From Myxococcales bacterium (GTDB taxonomy: Bacteria > Myxococcota > Myxococcia > Myxococcales > UBA5297): 64,000 nt of DNA. Positions 40,365 to 51,066 of this stretch are shown piece by piece. The notes below the pieces were generated by a model. That model was not told the DNA's origin. It ran no database searches and saw only the letters and a list, made by a program, of their open reading frames with translations. The translations under genes and the position numbers were made by a program. Within the stretch, counting starts at the first letter, position 1. Each line of letters opens with the position of its first letter. Location of the stretch: the NCBI GenBank assembly GCA_049841135.1, contig JASGHK010000008.1, positions 147,272 through 211,271 of the forward strand, in the 5' to 3' direction.

Positions 40365-43300
40365 CTAGTCCGCCAGGCTGCGGGCGTAGTCCTCGCGCAC
40401 CGCGTCGTCGCTGAGCACGTCGCACGCCTCCGCGAGGCCCCGGCCGATCTCATCGAGGCGCCGGAAGAGCGTGGCGTCGTCGAGGGTGCCGAACCGGTCC
40501 GGGTGGAACTCGCGCGCGAGCTTCTCGTAGGCCTCGCGCACTTCGTAGCCCGAAGCATCGCGGCGCAGGCCCAGCATCTGGAAGTAGTCGCCGGCGACGA
40601 CCTGGTTGTACTTCTCGGCGACGCGGGCGAGGTCCAGGCGCGCCGCCTCCTGCGGGCTCGCGGGGCGCGCGGCCCGGCCCAGCACGGCGATCTCGACCGC
40701 GCCGGCGGCAGCCAACGAGTAGAGCACCTTGAGCGCGCCGGCCTCGTCGAGCCCGCCCTCGAAGAGCAACTCCTCGACCGTGCGCAGCCCGTCCACCATC
40801 GAGGCCAGCCGGCGCTCCCTGGCGGAGAGGCCGAAATAGTCGAGGTCGAAGTTCTGGGCGCGCGGGCGTAGCAGGGTCGCCGGGCCGCCCAGCCGGGCCC
40901 ACAGGCGGGGCGTCGAGAGCTTGCGGCGCACGCCCTCGGTCGCCATGGCGTACGGGTGCATGGGCAGCACCACCCGCTCCTCGGGCGGCGGCGCCTCGGG
41001 CGTGAAGACGTAGGCCGAGGACTCGTCCAGGAAGACGGAGTAGCAGACCTCCTGGACCCGTTTGCGGACCAGCGGGTAGAGCTTCCTGCGGCCGGATGTA
41101 GCCCAGCTCGACCATCTGCAGCGCCAGCCGCCGGGCGAGCCGCTCGTCGCTGACGCGCAGCGCGTGATGCTGGGCTGCGGTGATGAGCCCGCCCCGCAGC
41201 GCCACGTCCTCGAGGCGCTCGACGAGCGAGGTGGAGGAGGCGGCGACCAGCCGGCCGTCCTCGAACCAGAGGGTGCGCTGGGCGTCGAGCCCGGCGACGT
41301 CGACGCGGCCGGTGAGCCGCCCATCAAAGGCCTTGCACAGGAGCGCCGGCGCGTCGAGCTGGGCCAGCGTTCCGCGCGGCGGGAACGGCGGCTCGGTCGG
41401 CTCGAGTGACGGGCCGGTCTTGAACCCGGCCTCGAGATCCACCTGCTCTCCGGCGCCAGGCGTTGGCTGGGCCGGCGGCACGAAGCCGGGAGAGGTCGGC
41501 TCGTCGTTGGCCGGAGCCATCTCGGTGACCCGGAGCGGCCCTCGCCACTTCCCCGAGGCGAACGGGCGCACGTGGCGCGGATCCTCAGCGTGCGGCGGCC
41601 CCTCGTTCGCGAACTCGGGACGGGGTGCGCCGCGCAGCGGCCGGCCGGGGCGGGCTGCCTCGAGCGTCCGCCTCGCGTCCTCCTCGCGACGGCGGATCTC
41701 GGCCTGCTCGACCTCGCGCTCGGCCAGGGCCCGGCGAATCTCCACCTCGCGTGCCTCGCGCTGGCGGCGGGCGGCGTCGGCCCGGTCCTGCAGCTCCTTG
41801 CCGGTCCTCTCCGAGGATTCCTCGAGACGACGCTCCTCCTCCTCGACGGCGGCACGCTCGGCCTCGAGCTTCTTGCGCGCGGCCTCGGCCTTCTCCTTCA
41901 GCTCGCGCTGAGCCGCGGCGGCCTCCTCGATGGATCGGCGCTCCTGGGCCTCGACGGCGGCGCGCTCGGCCTCGAGCCTCTGGCGCGCTGCCTCGGCCTT
42001 CTCCTTCAGCTCGCGCTCGGCGGCTTCAGCTTGCTCGGCGACACGACGCGCCTCTTCCTCGGCGGCGGAACGCTCGGCTTCCACCTTCTTGCGCATCGCC
42101 TCGGTCTTCGCCTTGAGCTCCCGATCGGCGACGGCGGCCTGCTCGGCGACGACTCGCGCCTCCTCCTCGGCGGCGGCGCGCTCGGCTTCCAGCTTCTTGC
42201 GTGCCGCCTCGGTCTTGGCTCGCAGCTCGCGGGCCTCGGCCTCGGCAGCCTCGGCCGCGGCGCGCTGCTCGGCCTCGAGGGCCGCGTGCTCCTGCTCCAC
42301 CTTCTTGCGGGCAGCCTCGGCGCGAGCCCGAAGCTCCCGTTCGGTGGCCCGGGCCACCTCCTGGAGCTTGCGGTTCTCTTCCTCGATGGCCGCGTTCTCG
42401 GCGTCCAGCCGCTGGCGAGCGATCTCCTGGCGCCGCTTGAGCGCCTCCTCGGCGGCCCTGGCCTGCACCTCGATCTGGCGTTCCTGCTCCTCGACCGCGG
42501 CCCGCTCGGCCTCGAGGCGCAGCGCGGCCTCCTCGGCCTGGCGCTGCAGCTCCTCGCGCCGCAGGGCGAGCGCGGTGGTCTCGGCGTCTATCTTGCGGCG
42601 GGCCTCCTCGGTGCGGGCTTCGAGCTCGGCCTTCCGCGCTTCCAGCTCCGCCTCGTCCTGCGCCAGGCGCTGAGCGAGCTCCTCCGCACGACGCTCCTCG
42701 GCGTGGGCGGCCTCTTGGAGCTCCTCGACGCGCAGCTTCTGCGCCTCCTCGCGGGCCTTCACCTCGGCGATCTTCCGGTGCAGCTCCTCCGCGGCGCCGA
42801 CCAGGGCGTCCGCCTGCTTGGCCTCGGCCTCGAGCCTCTTCTGGGCCGCGTCGATCTTCTTCTTGGCCTCGTCGCGCCGGCGCGCGAGGTCCCTGGCGTT
42901 GGCCTCGACCTGCTCGCGCTCCGCGGTCGCCTTGCGCTCCTCCTCCTCGGCGGCCTGCTTCAGCTCCTCGATGCGGCGGCGGTGCTGCTCCTCGGTCGCG
43001 CGAGCCACCTCGACCCGCTCGCGGTGCTCCCCAGCGAGGCGTTCCAGCTCCTCGATGCGGCGGATGTCGTCGTCGGCTCGCTTCTTCTCGACCTCCACCT
43101 GGCGGAGGGCCTCTTCGCGGCGCTCGGCGATCTCCGCGGCCTCGATCTCGAGCAGGGCGCGCTCCTGCGCGGCGCGCTGCTCCTCGTCGAGGGCCGCCTG
43201 CTTCAGGTCGGCGATGCGCCGCCGTTCCTCATCCTCGCGGGCGCGGATCTCCTCGACCAGGCGCTGCTGCTCTTCGGCTTCCCGTCGCAGCTCCTCGGCA

Positions 43301-46300
43301 CGAACCGCCTCTTCCTCCACCCTTCGCTGTGCGCCCTCGGCCTTCTGCTGGGCCTCCTCGCGACGGAGGGCGAGCTCCTGGGCCTCGGCCTCGAGACGCT
43401 CGCGCTCGGCGAGCGCGCGGCGCTCCTCCTCCTGGGCAACGAGGTTCGCGTCCGCCAAGGCTTGGAGCTCGCGCTCGCTCTCTTCCTTCCGGGCCTGGGC
43501 CAGCTCGCGCAGCTCGGCAGCTTCGCGCTCGGCCTCTTCGCGGCGGCGAGCAGTCTCGGCGGCCTCGGCCTCCAGCCGCTCCCGCTCTTCGCGAGCCGCG
43601 CGCTGGGCCTCCTCGGCTGCCCTGCGCAGCGCCTCGAGCTTCTCTCGCTCCTCGGCCGCGACGCGTTCACGCTCTAGCTGCGCCTCGCGCTCCGCCCTCT
43701 CCAGCGCTTCTCTCTCGGCGACCTGCCTTGCCTGCTGCTCGGCGGCCAGACGCTCCAGCTCCGCCTCCTCGCGAGCCTGGTCCTCCGCCGCCACTCGCTG
43801 GAGCTCTTCCTTGGCCTTGGCTTCCGCCGCGACTCGCTCCGCTTCTTCCGCCGCCTGGCGCTCCTGCTCTGCCCGCTCGGCCTCTTCCTTGGCCTTGGCT
43901 TCCGCCGCGAGCCGCTCTGCTTCTTCTGCCGCCTGGCGCTCCTGCTCTGCCCGCTCGGCCTCTTCCTTGGCCTTGGCTTCCGCCGCGAGCCGCTCCGCTT
44001 CTTCTGCGGCCAGCCGCTCCTGCTCTGCCCGCTCGGCCTCTTCCTTGGCCTTGGCTTCTGCCGCGAGCCGCTCTGCCTCTTCCGCCGCCTGGCGCTCCTG
44101 CTCCGCCCGCTCGGCCTCTTCCTTGGCCTTGGCTTCCGCCGCGAGCCGCTCTGCCTCTTCCGCCGCCTGGCGCTCCTGCTCTGCCCGCTCGGCCTCTTCC
44201 TTGGCCTTGGCTTCCGCCGCGAGCCGCTCCGCTTCTTCTGCGGCCAGCCGCTCCTGCTCTGCCCGCTCGGCCTCTTCCTTGGCCTTGGCTTCCGCCGCGA
44301 GCCGCTCCGCTTCTTCTGCGGCCAGCCGCTCCTGCTCTGCCCGCTCGGCCTCTTCCTTGGCCTTGGCTTCCGCCGCGAGCCGCTCCGCTTCTTCTGCGGC
44401 CAGCCGCTCCTGCTCTGCCCGCTCGGCCTCTTCCTTGGCCTTGGCTTCCGCCGCGAGCCGCTCCGCTTCTTCCGCGGCCCGGCGTTCCTGCTCTGCCCGC
44501 TCGGCCTCTTCCTTGGCCTTGGCTTCCGCCGCGAGCCGCTCCGCTTCTTCTGCGGCCAGCCGCTCCTGCTCTGCCCGCTCGGCCTCTTCCTTGGCCTTGG
44601 CTTCCGCCGCGAGCCGGTCTGCCTCTTCCGCGGCTCGGCGTTCCTGCTCTGCCCGCTCGGCCTCTTCCTTGGCCTTGGCTTCCGCCGCGAGCCGCCCCTG
44701 CTCAGCGCGCTCAGCCTCTTCCTTGGCACTGGCCTCGGCCGCAAGCCGTTCGAGCTCCGCGTTCTCGGCAGCTTCCTCCTCGGCGACCTTCCTCGCTGCC
44801 TCCTCGGCCGCCGCGCGCTCCTGGTCGGCTTTCGCTGCCTCGGCCAGCTGCTTCGCTTTCGCCTCGGCCTCGCGAAGCTCAGTCTCCGCCGCCAGCTCTG
44901 CTTCCTTCTCCGCCACGTCGGCAGCGCGGCGCGCCTCCTCGCGCGCCTTGCGTTGTGCATCCTCCCAATCCAGCTCGGGGGCCTCATCCCTCACCGGCGT
45001 CGACCGCTTCGGCGGATCGGGCAGCAGTTCAGGGACCGCTTCGTCCGTCGCCTTGGCCAATTCCGTAGCGAGACCGTCGTCGGAAGCAGGCTCTGCAGCC
45101 GACGCGGGCTCCGAAGACCAGCTCAACTCGTCGGCCAGCGGCTCTTGCGCACTCGCAGTGTCCAGCCTCGGCGACTCGGCCGGCGGCTGCTCCGCCGCTC
45201 CGTCGCCGAACAACGAATCCGCCAGCGGCGCCGACGCATTCGTCTCCGGCGGCGGCTCCGTCACCAACGAGTCGGTGAGCGGCGCGGTCTCCGGCGCTGG
45301 CTGCTCCGCCACTCCATCGCCGAACAGCGAATCCGCCAGCGGCGCCGACGGGTCCGTCTCCGGCGGCGGCTCCGTCACCATCGAGTCGGTCAGCGGTGCC
45401 GACTCCGGCGCCGGCTGCTCCGCCACCCCATCGCCGAACAGCGAATCCGCCAGCGGCGCCGACGGGTCCGTCTCCGGCGGCAACTCCGTCACCAGCGAGT
45501 CGGTCAGCGGTGCCGACTCCGGCGCCGCCTGCTCCACCACCCCATCGCCGAACAACGAATCCGCCAGCGGCGCCGACGGGTCCGTCTCGGGCGGAGGCTC
45601 CGTCGCCAGCGAGTCGGTCAGCGGCGCCGACTCCGGCGCGGGCTGCTCCACCACTCCGTCGCCGAACAGCGAATCCGCCAGCGGCGCAGAATCGTCGATG
45701 GGCGGCGGCTCGGTGAGCAGGTCATCCGCAGCCAAACCAGCGCTCGCCGCCTGTTGAAGGAGCTCGGCCGAAGACACGGCCGGGGCTCCCTCTGCCGGCG
45801 GCGCCGCGAAGAGCCCCTCGGCAAGCGGTGCCGATTCGCCGGCAACCGGGTCCGTCGGCGCGTCGCCGAAGAGGGTGTCCGCCAGCGGCGTGGAGGAGTC
45901 ATCAGCCGCGGGCCGGGGCCCGGCTGGAGGAGGCTCCGCGAGGGGCGAATCGCCCGGCTCGGACAGCCGCCAGGCGGAGGCGACATCGTCCTCGTCGAGC
46001 GCTCGCTGCACCGCTTCCAGGAGCGCCTGGCCGTCGAGCGGCAGGTCGACGACCGCCGCCTCGGGAGCTTCGGAGATGCCATGACCCAGCAGGACGAAGC
46101 GGGTCGCGTCGCCGCGCGGGTGATTGCGGATCTCCTGGTAGATGGCCGCGCCACGCCCGCCGTCCACCTCGGGAGCGAGGACGACCACCGCCGGAGCCAG
46201 GTCTCCGAAGGTGATGACCGCGTCGGCGGCGTTGGTGACCAAGACGCTGTCGACGCCCTCGCGCTGGAGGACGCGCTTCGCGGGGGCGATGACCGCGATG

Positions 46301-46332
46301 TCATCGTGGACGAGGAGGACGGGGCCGGCCAT
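40365..46332 (-). CDS. Giant (~1990 aa) protein: N-terminal receiver-like domain, acidic 38-aa repeats, very long E/R/A-rich coiled-coil (26-aa repeats), C-terminal DnaJ (J) domain. Apparent frameshift at ~41095.
   Basis: N-terminus [28 protein letters not shown]… is REC-like. Repeats [26 protein letters not shown] x11. C-terminus [32 protein letters not shown] (HPD motif) lies in the 40365..41855 frame, joined at …GYIRPQ | KLYPLVRK. Confidence 0.6.
43790..44700. repeat. Near-perfect 78-bp tandem repeat array (~11 copies), coding for the 26-aa coiled-coil repeats
   Basis: Unit CCTGCTCTGCCCGCTCGGCCTCTTCCTTGGCCTTGGCTTCCGCCGCGAGCCGCTCCGCTTCTTCTGCGGCCAGCCGCT recurs with 1-3 substitutions per copy. 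Confidence 0.8.
45190..45720. repeat. 114-bp tandem repeats (~4.5 copies), coding for acidic 38-aa repeats ([38 protein letters not shown])
   Basis: The protein shows four to five near-identical 38-aa units. The DNA is correspondingly periodic. Confidence 0.65.
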
Positions 46333-46399
46333 GCGGGGATGATTCTACCCCGCGCTGCTCACCCGTCCACGAAACGGCCCGGGTCGGGTTGGCGGCGCC

Positions 46400-47557
46400 T
46401 CAGGACGCGGGCTCGGCCGGCTTGGCCTGGCTCGGCTCGGTCGCCGCTGGCGCTGCCGCCGGGACGTCGGGGCTGTCGAGCAGGATCTGCTTGAGGCGAT
46501 CCAGGCTCTCCCGCGTCTTGGCGATGAAGGGGTTCTCGGCCCCGATGCGCTCGGCGGCGGCCAGGGTCCGCTCGTAGATGGACATGGCCTTGGTCACCAG
46601 CACCCGCACCTTCTTGTGCAGCTCCTCGCGGTAGATCTGCTGCTGGTCGGCGTCGAGCCCCGGCGGGACCTTGGCGTTGAGCATGGCGTCATAGAGGTCC
46701 TCGTAGAGCGCGCCGATGCGGAAGCCGGCGGCGGTCGCCCACTGCCCCTCGCCGATGCGGATGGCGCGCAGGTAGTGGCCCTGGGCCGACAGGAGCATCT
46801 CGCACTTGTTCTCGAGGTCCTTGCCCAGCTTGTCCTCGCCCTGCTCGGGGTCGAGCTCCACGCGCTCGTAGAAGATCCGGTAGATCTCGCCCAGGAAGAA
46901 CTGGGCCTGGCCCGGGAAGTACTCGTCCAGGCGGTCGGCTTCCTTCTTCTCCGACCAGTAGTTGAGCGAGTCGCGCAGCGAGGTCTCGGCGGCGTCCAAC
47001 TCGCCGCTCTCGAGCTGGCAGATGCCCTTGTGCACCTTGGCCTCGAGCCGCTTCTGGGAGGAGATGTCCTCGCGCCCGGCGACCACGTTCAGGATCTCGA
47101 TGGCCGGCGCGTACTGGTCCAGGTGGTAGTAGCACTCGGCCAGACGGAACGCGGCGTCGAGCGAGTCGCCGGTGCCCTTGGCGGGGTCGGCGAGCGGCTT
47201 GAAGCGCTCGGCGGCGTCGGCGAACTTCGACAGGCGCTCGAGCGAGAGGCCGGCGTTGAACGCGGCATCGGCGCGGTGCTTGGAAGCCGGGAAGGTGTCC
47301 GCCAGGCGGCCGAAGCAGCGGGCGGCCTTCTCGTAGTCCTGCGCCGCGAAGGAGCTCGTCCCCAAGGCGAAGAGCTCCTCGTCGTTCATCCCGGCGAGCT
47401 CCAGCTCCTCTTTGCCGCCCGGGGTCACCAGGACGGGCTCGAAGCGCAGCACCTCGGGCTCGCCCGCGCCGGCCTTCGCGCCACGCGTGGAGGCGCACGA
47501 AGGGGCGAGGAGCAGGCAGGCAGCCGCGAGGAGCGTGGACCAGAGGATGGAGCGCAT
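46400..47557 (-). CDS. TPR-repeat lipoprotein
   Basis: Lipoprotein signal MRSILWSTLLAAACLLLAPSCAS. TPR-like helices throughout. Confidence 0.6.
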   Translation of the reverse strand: MRSILWSTLLAAACLLLAPSCASTRGAKAGAGEPEVLRFEPVLVTPGGKEELELAGMNDEELFALGTSSFAAQDYEKAARCFGRLADTFPASKHRADAAFNAGLSLERLSKFADAAERFKPLADPAKGTGDSLDAAFRLAECYYHLDQYAPAIEILNVVAGREDISSQKRLEAKVHKGICQLESGELDAAETSLRDSLNYWSEKKEADRLDEYFPGQAQFFLGEIYRIFYERVELDPEQGEDKLGKDLENKCEMLLSAQGHYLRAIRIGEGQWATAAGFRIGALYEDLYDAMLNAKVPPGLDADQQQIYREELHKKVRVLVTKAMSIYERTLAAAERIGAENPFIAKTRESLDRLKQILLDSPDVPAAAPAATEPSQAKPAEPAS

Positions 47558-47696
47558 CGGATTCTCCGACAGGACTTCGGTCCGGCGCTTCGCTTCCCTC
47601 CGAACCGAAGTCATTGTGGCCTCCCGGTTGCCCGTAGGACAACGGGTGAGCCCGAATGGTTCCCGGCTCGCTCCCCTGACGCAACCCTTCGTCTGC

Positions 47697-48095
47697 CTAC
47701 CCGGCGATCGTCTTGACCCACACCTGGCGCCGGCGCGGCCCGTCGAACTCGCAGAAGAAGACGGACTGCCAGGTGCCGAGCTGGAGCTGCCCGTCCTCGA
47801 CGATGACCGTGACCGATGGGCCGACGAGGGAGGTCTTGGTGTGCGAGTCGGAGTTGCCCTCGCCGTGGCGGAAGCCCTCGTTGGGCACCGAGCGCTCGAG
47901 CGCGAAGAGCAGGTCGCGCCGCACGTCGGGGTCGGCGTTCTCGTTGATGGTGATGGCCGCCGTGGTGTGCGGGCAGTAGACGGTGACCAGGCCGCTCTTC
48001 AAGCCTTCCTGCGCCACCAGCTCCTGCACCCGGCGCGTGACGTCGACCAGCTCGCAGCGCTGCCGGGTGGAGATCTCGAAGGTGGTCTTGGGCAT
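47697..48095 (-). CDS. YjbQ/UPF0047-family protein (secondary thiamine-phosphate synthase-like)
   Basis: MPKTTFEISTRQRCELVDVT…GLVTVYCPHTTAAITINENADPDV…HTKTSLVGPSVTV matches the YjbQ family pattern. Confidence 0.7.
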   Translation of the reverse strand: MPKTTFEISTRQRCELVDVTRRVQELVAQEGLKSGLVTVYCPHTTAAITINENADPDVRRDLLFALERSVPNEGFRHGEGNSDSHTKTSLVGPSVTVIVEDGQLQLGTWQSVFFCEFDGPRRRQVWVKTIAG

Positions 48096-48187
48096 GGCCT
48101 GCCCTCCTTGGTCGTTCGTGGCTCTCGGGGAGGGCGTCTTTTCGCTCGGAGCCCCGCCCGACGCAAGCGCGTCGTGGCGCCGGGCCG

Positions 48188-49333
48188 CTATCCGCCGAAC
48201 AGGTGACGGTTCAGCTCGCGCAGGCTGGAGACGTCGTACACGTCGGAGTCGAAGCGCGGGACGCTGACGAGCGGGGTGGGCGCGCACGCCTCGGCGAGCC
48301 GGCGGACCTCGGCCTCGTCGAGCTCGGAGAGCATCTCCGCCTCGGTGAGCGCCTGGGCGAGCCGCGCCCTGGGAGACTCGTCGAAGCCTTGCGGCGCTGC
48401 GTTCTCCAGGAGCCTGGCGAGCGCCTCGACGTGCTCGGGCGAGGCGCCGGGGCGGCCCGGCTCGACGTGCGGGTGCACGCGGTTGGCCACCACCGCCGCC
48501 ACCGGCATGCCGTCCTGCTTGAGCAGGGTGTGGAAGTAGATGGCCTCGTCCACGGTCAACGGCGACGGGCTCGTCACCAGCACGAAGGCCGACTTCGGCG
48601 AGGCGAGCATCTCCTTGACCTGCTGCGCGCGGCGCTTGAACACCTCGTACATCGGCGCGAGCGAGAGCAGGAACTCGCTGAGCTCCTGCAGCACCTCCAT
48701 GCCGGTGAAGCGCGACAGCGTCTTGATCATGTAGCCGCCGGTGAGCTGGAACATCTTCAGCCCCATCCGGCCGGCCTTGAGCGCCGGCGCCAGCATGAAG
48801 CGCACGGTGTCGTCGCCGAAGAAGTCGAGGACGCGGTTGGGCGCGTCCAAGAAGTCGAGCGCGTTGGTGGTCGGCGGCGTGTCGAGCACGAGCAGGTCGT
48901 AGTCGCGGCTCTCGGAGAGCTCGACCATCTTCTCCATCGCCACGTACTCCTGGCTGCCGATGAGCGCCGAGGAGAGCTGCTGGTAGAAGCGGCTCGACAG
49001 GATGGCGTCGCGCTTGTCGGGCGGCGCGTGGCGCAGGATGAACTCGTCCCAGCTGCGCTTGAGGTCGAGCATCATCGCGTACAGCTCGCCCTTGGCCTGC
49101 AGCCCCGCCGCGGCCAGCTTGTCGGGCGGCACGCGGGTCTCGACGTTGCCCAGCTCGGTCAGCCCCAGTGAGTTGGCGAGCCTTCGCGCCGGGTCGATGG
49201 TGCAGACCACCACCTTGCGTCCCTGCGCCGCGGCGTGGACCCCGATGGCCGCCGACAGCGTGGTCTTGCCCACCCCGCCCGAGCCGACGCAGATGAGCAC
49301 GCGCTTGTGCGCGACGACCTCGGCGAGGCTCAT
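48188..49333 (-). CDS. ArsA/GET3-family P-loop ATPase (second of a tandem pair)
   Basis: Deviant Walker A VLICVGSGGVGKTTLSAA, then an ArsA-like body. 38-bp spacer from the upstream paralogue. Confidence 0.6.
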   Translation of the reverse strand: MSLAEVVAHKRVLICVGSGGVGKTTLSAAIGVHAAAQGRKVVVCTIDPARRLANSLGLTELGNVETRVPPDKLAAAGLQAKGELYAMMLDLKRSWDEFILRHAPPDKRDAILSSRFYQQLSSALIGSQEYVAMEKMVELSESRDYDLLVLDTPPTTNALDFLDAPNRVLDFFGDDTVRFMLAPALKAGRMGLKMFQLTGGYMIKTLSRFTGMEVLQELSEFLLSLAPMYEVFKRRAQQVKEMLASPKSAFVLVTSPSPLTVDEAIYFHTLLKQDGMPVAAVVANRVHPHVEPGRPGASPEHVEALARLLENAAPQGFDESPRARLAQALTEAEMLSELDEAEVRRLAEACAPTPLVSVPRFDSDVYDVSSLRELNRHLFGG

Positions 49334-49371
49334 CGGCGGCGCCGGGGGCGACGACGGGGAGGACGGGACGC

Positions 49372-50292
49372 TCACGCTTTCTCCACCAGGCGGGAGACCC
49401 GCTCGACCTCGGCGCGGCCGAAGCGGCGGGTGAAGAGGAAGGGGACAGGGACCGGGGAGAGCTCGGTGTCCACCAGGAGCTTCTCCGCGTAGCGCTCGCT
49501 CATCGACGCGCGGACCTCGCGGGCGAGCGCCGCGCGCGCCAGCGGCGAGAGCTCGCCCTGCACGGCCGCCAGGCGCTCGCGCTCCTCGACGCTGAAGCGC
49601 GAGCGGACGTAGCCGTTGAGGAAGAGCGCCGCCGGGGTCATGCCCACCACGTCGCGCAGCTCGCGGTTGAGGTCGATGGTCTCGTTGACCGGCATCGCCT
49701 CCGGCAGGGTGACCAGCGCCACCGCGGTCTGCTTGGGGTCGACCAGCGTCTGGTGCATCTTCTGCGCTTCGTTCGCCATGGGCCCGGCAGGCATGGTCGT
49801 CGCCAACACCTGGGGCAGCCGCAGCAGCAGCGCGCCGTGGCCGGTCGCCGGCGCGTCCAGGACGACCAGGTCCCACTTCGGCCGGCCGTCGGGGCGCCGC
49901 TCGCCGACGTGGTAGAGGATCTTGCCCAGCATCACCAGCTGGGCGAGCGAGGGCACCGCGCGCAGGAAGTAGCGGACGATGCGGTTCTCGAACACCGCGT
50001 TGTAGATGGAGCGGAACTTCAGGATCATCAGCGCGTACTCGCGCATGGCGGCCTGCGGCTCGACGTTGACCGCGTCGATGTTCTCCTCGAGCGCCGCCAC
50101 CTCGTTGCCCACCGGCCGCCGGCCCAACAGCGCGCTGACGCGCTCGCGGGTGTTCACCTCGGCCACCAGGACCTTCTTGCCCGCGCGCGCACCGGCGAGG
50201 GCGAGCGCCGCGGACACGGTGCTCTTGCCCACGCCACCCTTGCCGATGACGACCACGAGGTGCTTGTCGAGCAGCATCGGGCGAAGACCCAA
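49372..50292 (-). CDS. ArsA/GET3-family P-loop ATPase (first of a tandem pair). Start uncertain (TTG 50292 or ATG 50277).
   Basis: Walker A LVVVIGKGGVGKSTVSAA. ArsA-like motifs DAPATGH…. Confidence 0.6.
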   Translation of the reverse strand: MGLRPMLLDKHLVVVIGKGGVGKSTVSAALALAGARAGKKVLVAEVNTRERVSALLGRRPVGNEVAALEENIDAVNVEPQAAMREYALMILKFRSIYNAVFENRIVRYFLRAVPSLAQLVMLGKILYHVGERRPDGRPKWDLVVLDAPATGHGALLLRLPQVLATTMPAGPMANEAQKMHQTLVDPKQTAVALVTLPEAMPVNETIDLNRELRDVVGMTPAALFLNGYVRSRFSVEERERLAAVQGELSPLARAALAREVRASMSERYAEKLLVDTELSPVPVPFLFTRRFGRAEVERVSRLVEKA

Positions 50293-50506
50293 CCATCGGC
50301 CCCATGGGGTGTCAACGATTCGCCGGGCCCCGCCCTGAGCCGCAACCGCCCGAAATCACCCGGTTTCTTGGGGGCCGCCGCCAGGCCATTTCGGCAAACC
50401 CCCATACTTGCTCGGCAATTCTCTGCCGGCCCGCATCCATATCTATGGGTCCGCGTCCCCGATTGCTCGGTCAGCGGTCGGCCTTCCCGGCTGGACCGGC
50501 CGATCG

Positions 50507-50947
50507 TCAGTCGAGGTACTTGCCGGAGATGTAGTCCCGCAGGCGGTGGTTCTCGGTGTTGGTCTCCTGGTGCAGCGCCTTGAGCACGTCTCCGATGGAG
50601 ATCAGGCCGACGATCGCCCCGTTCGTCACGATGGGCACGTGGCGGATGCGCCGCTCGGTCATCGTGACGCGCACCGATTCGACCTCGTCGTCAGGCCTGG
50701 CAACGATCACGCCGTGGGTCATCGCCTCCCCGACCGGGATGGCCGCGACCGACTTGGGCTGCAAGTTGAGCATCCGGACGATGTCGCGCTCGGAGAGCAC
50801 GCCGACCGGGCTGAGCGTCTCGTCAACGACGATGAGCGCCCCGACGCGCTCGGTCGAGAGCCGGCGCGCAGCGTCGAGCAGGCACTCGTCCGCCCGGGCC
50901 GTGACCACCCGCCTGCCCTTCTCGTCCAGGATCTCGTGGACCTTCAT
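50507..50947 (-). CDS. CBS-pair domain protein
   Basis: Two CBS motifs (…VGALIVVDETLSPVGVLSERDIV… and …RIRHVPIVTNGAIVGLISIGDVL). Confidence 0.7.
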   Translation of the reverse strand: MKVHEILDEKGRRVVTARADECLLDAARRLSTERVGALIVVDETLSPVGVLSERDIVRMLNLQPKSVAAIPVGEAMTHGVIVARPDDEVESVRVTMTERRIRHVPIVTNGAIVGLISIGDVLKALHQETNTENHRLRDYISGKYLD

Positions 50948-51066
50948 GGCGCCCCCCCCAGGGGTCGGCCGGACGCACCGGCACCTTCACCCCGCCACCA
51001 CGAGGTTGCGCTTTCCGCACAGCCGCTCCACTCGCCCGTTCGTGAGCGAGCGAGCAGCCGAGACAG

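Noticed and set aside
43790-45720. Tandem repeat arrays as a possible CRISPR or satellite
   Set aside because: The units are 78 and 114 bp, directly adjacent without spacers, and in frame within a single gene. They are protein-coding repeats, not CRISPR.
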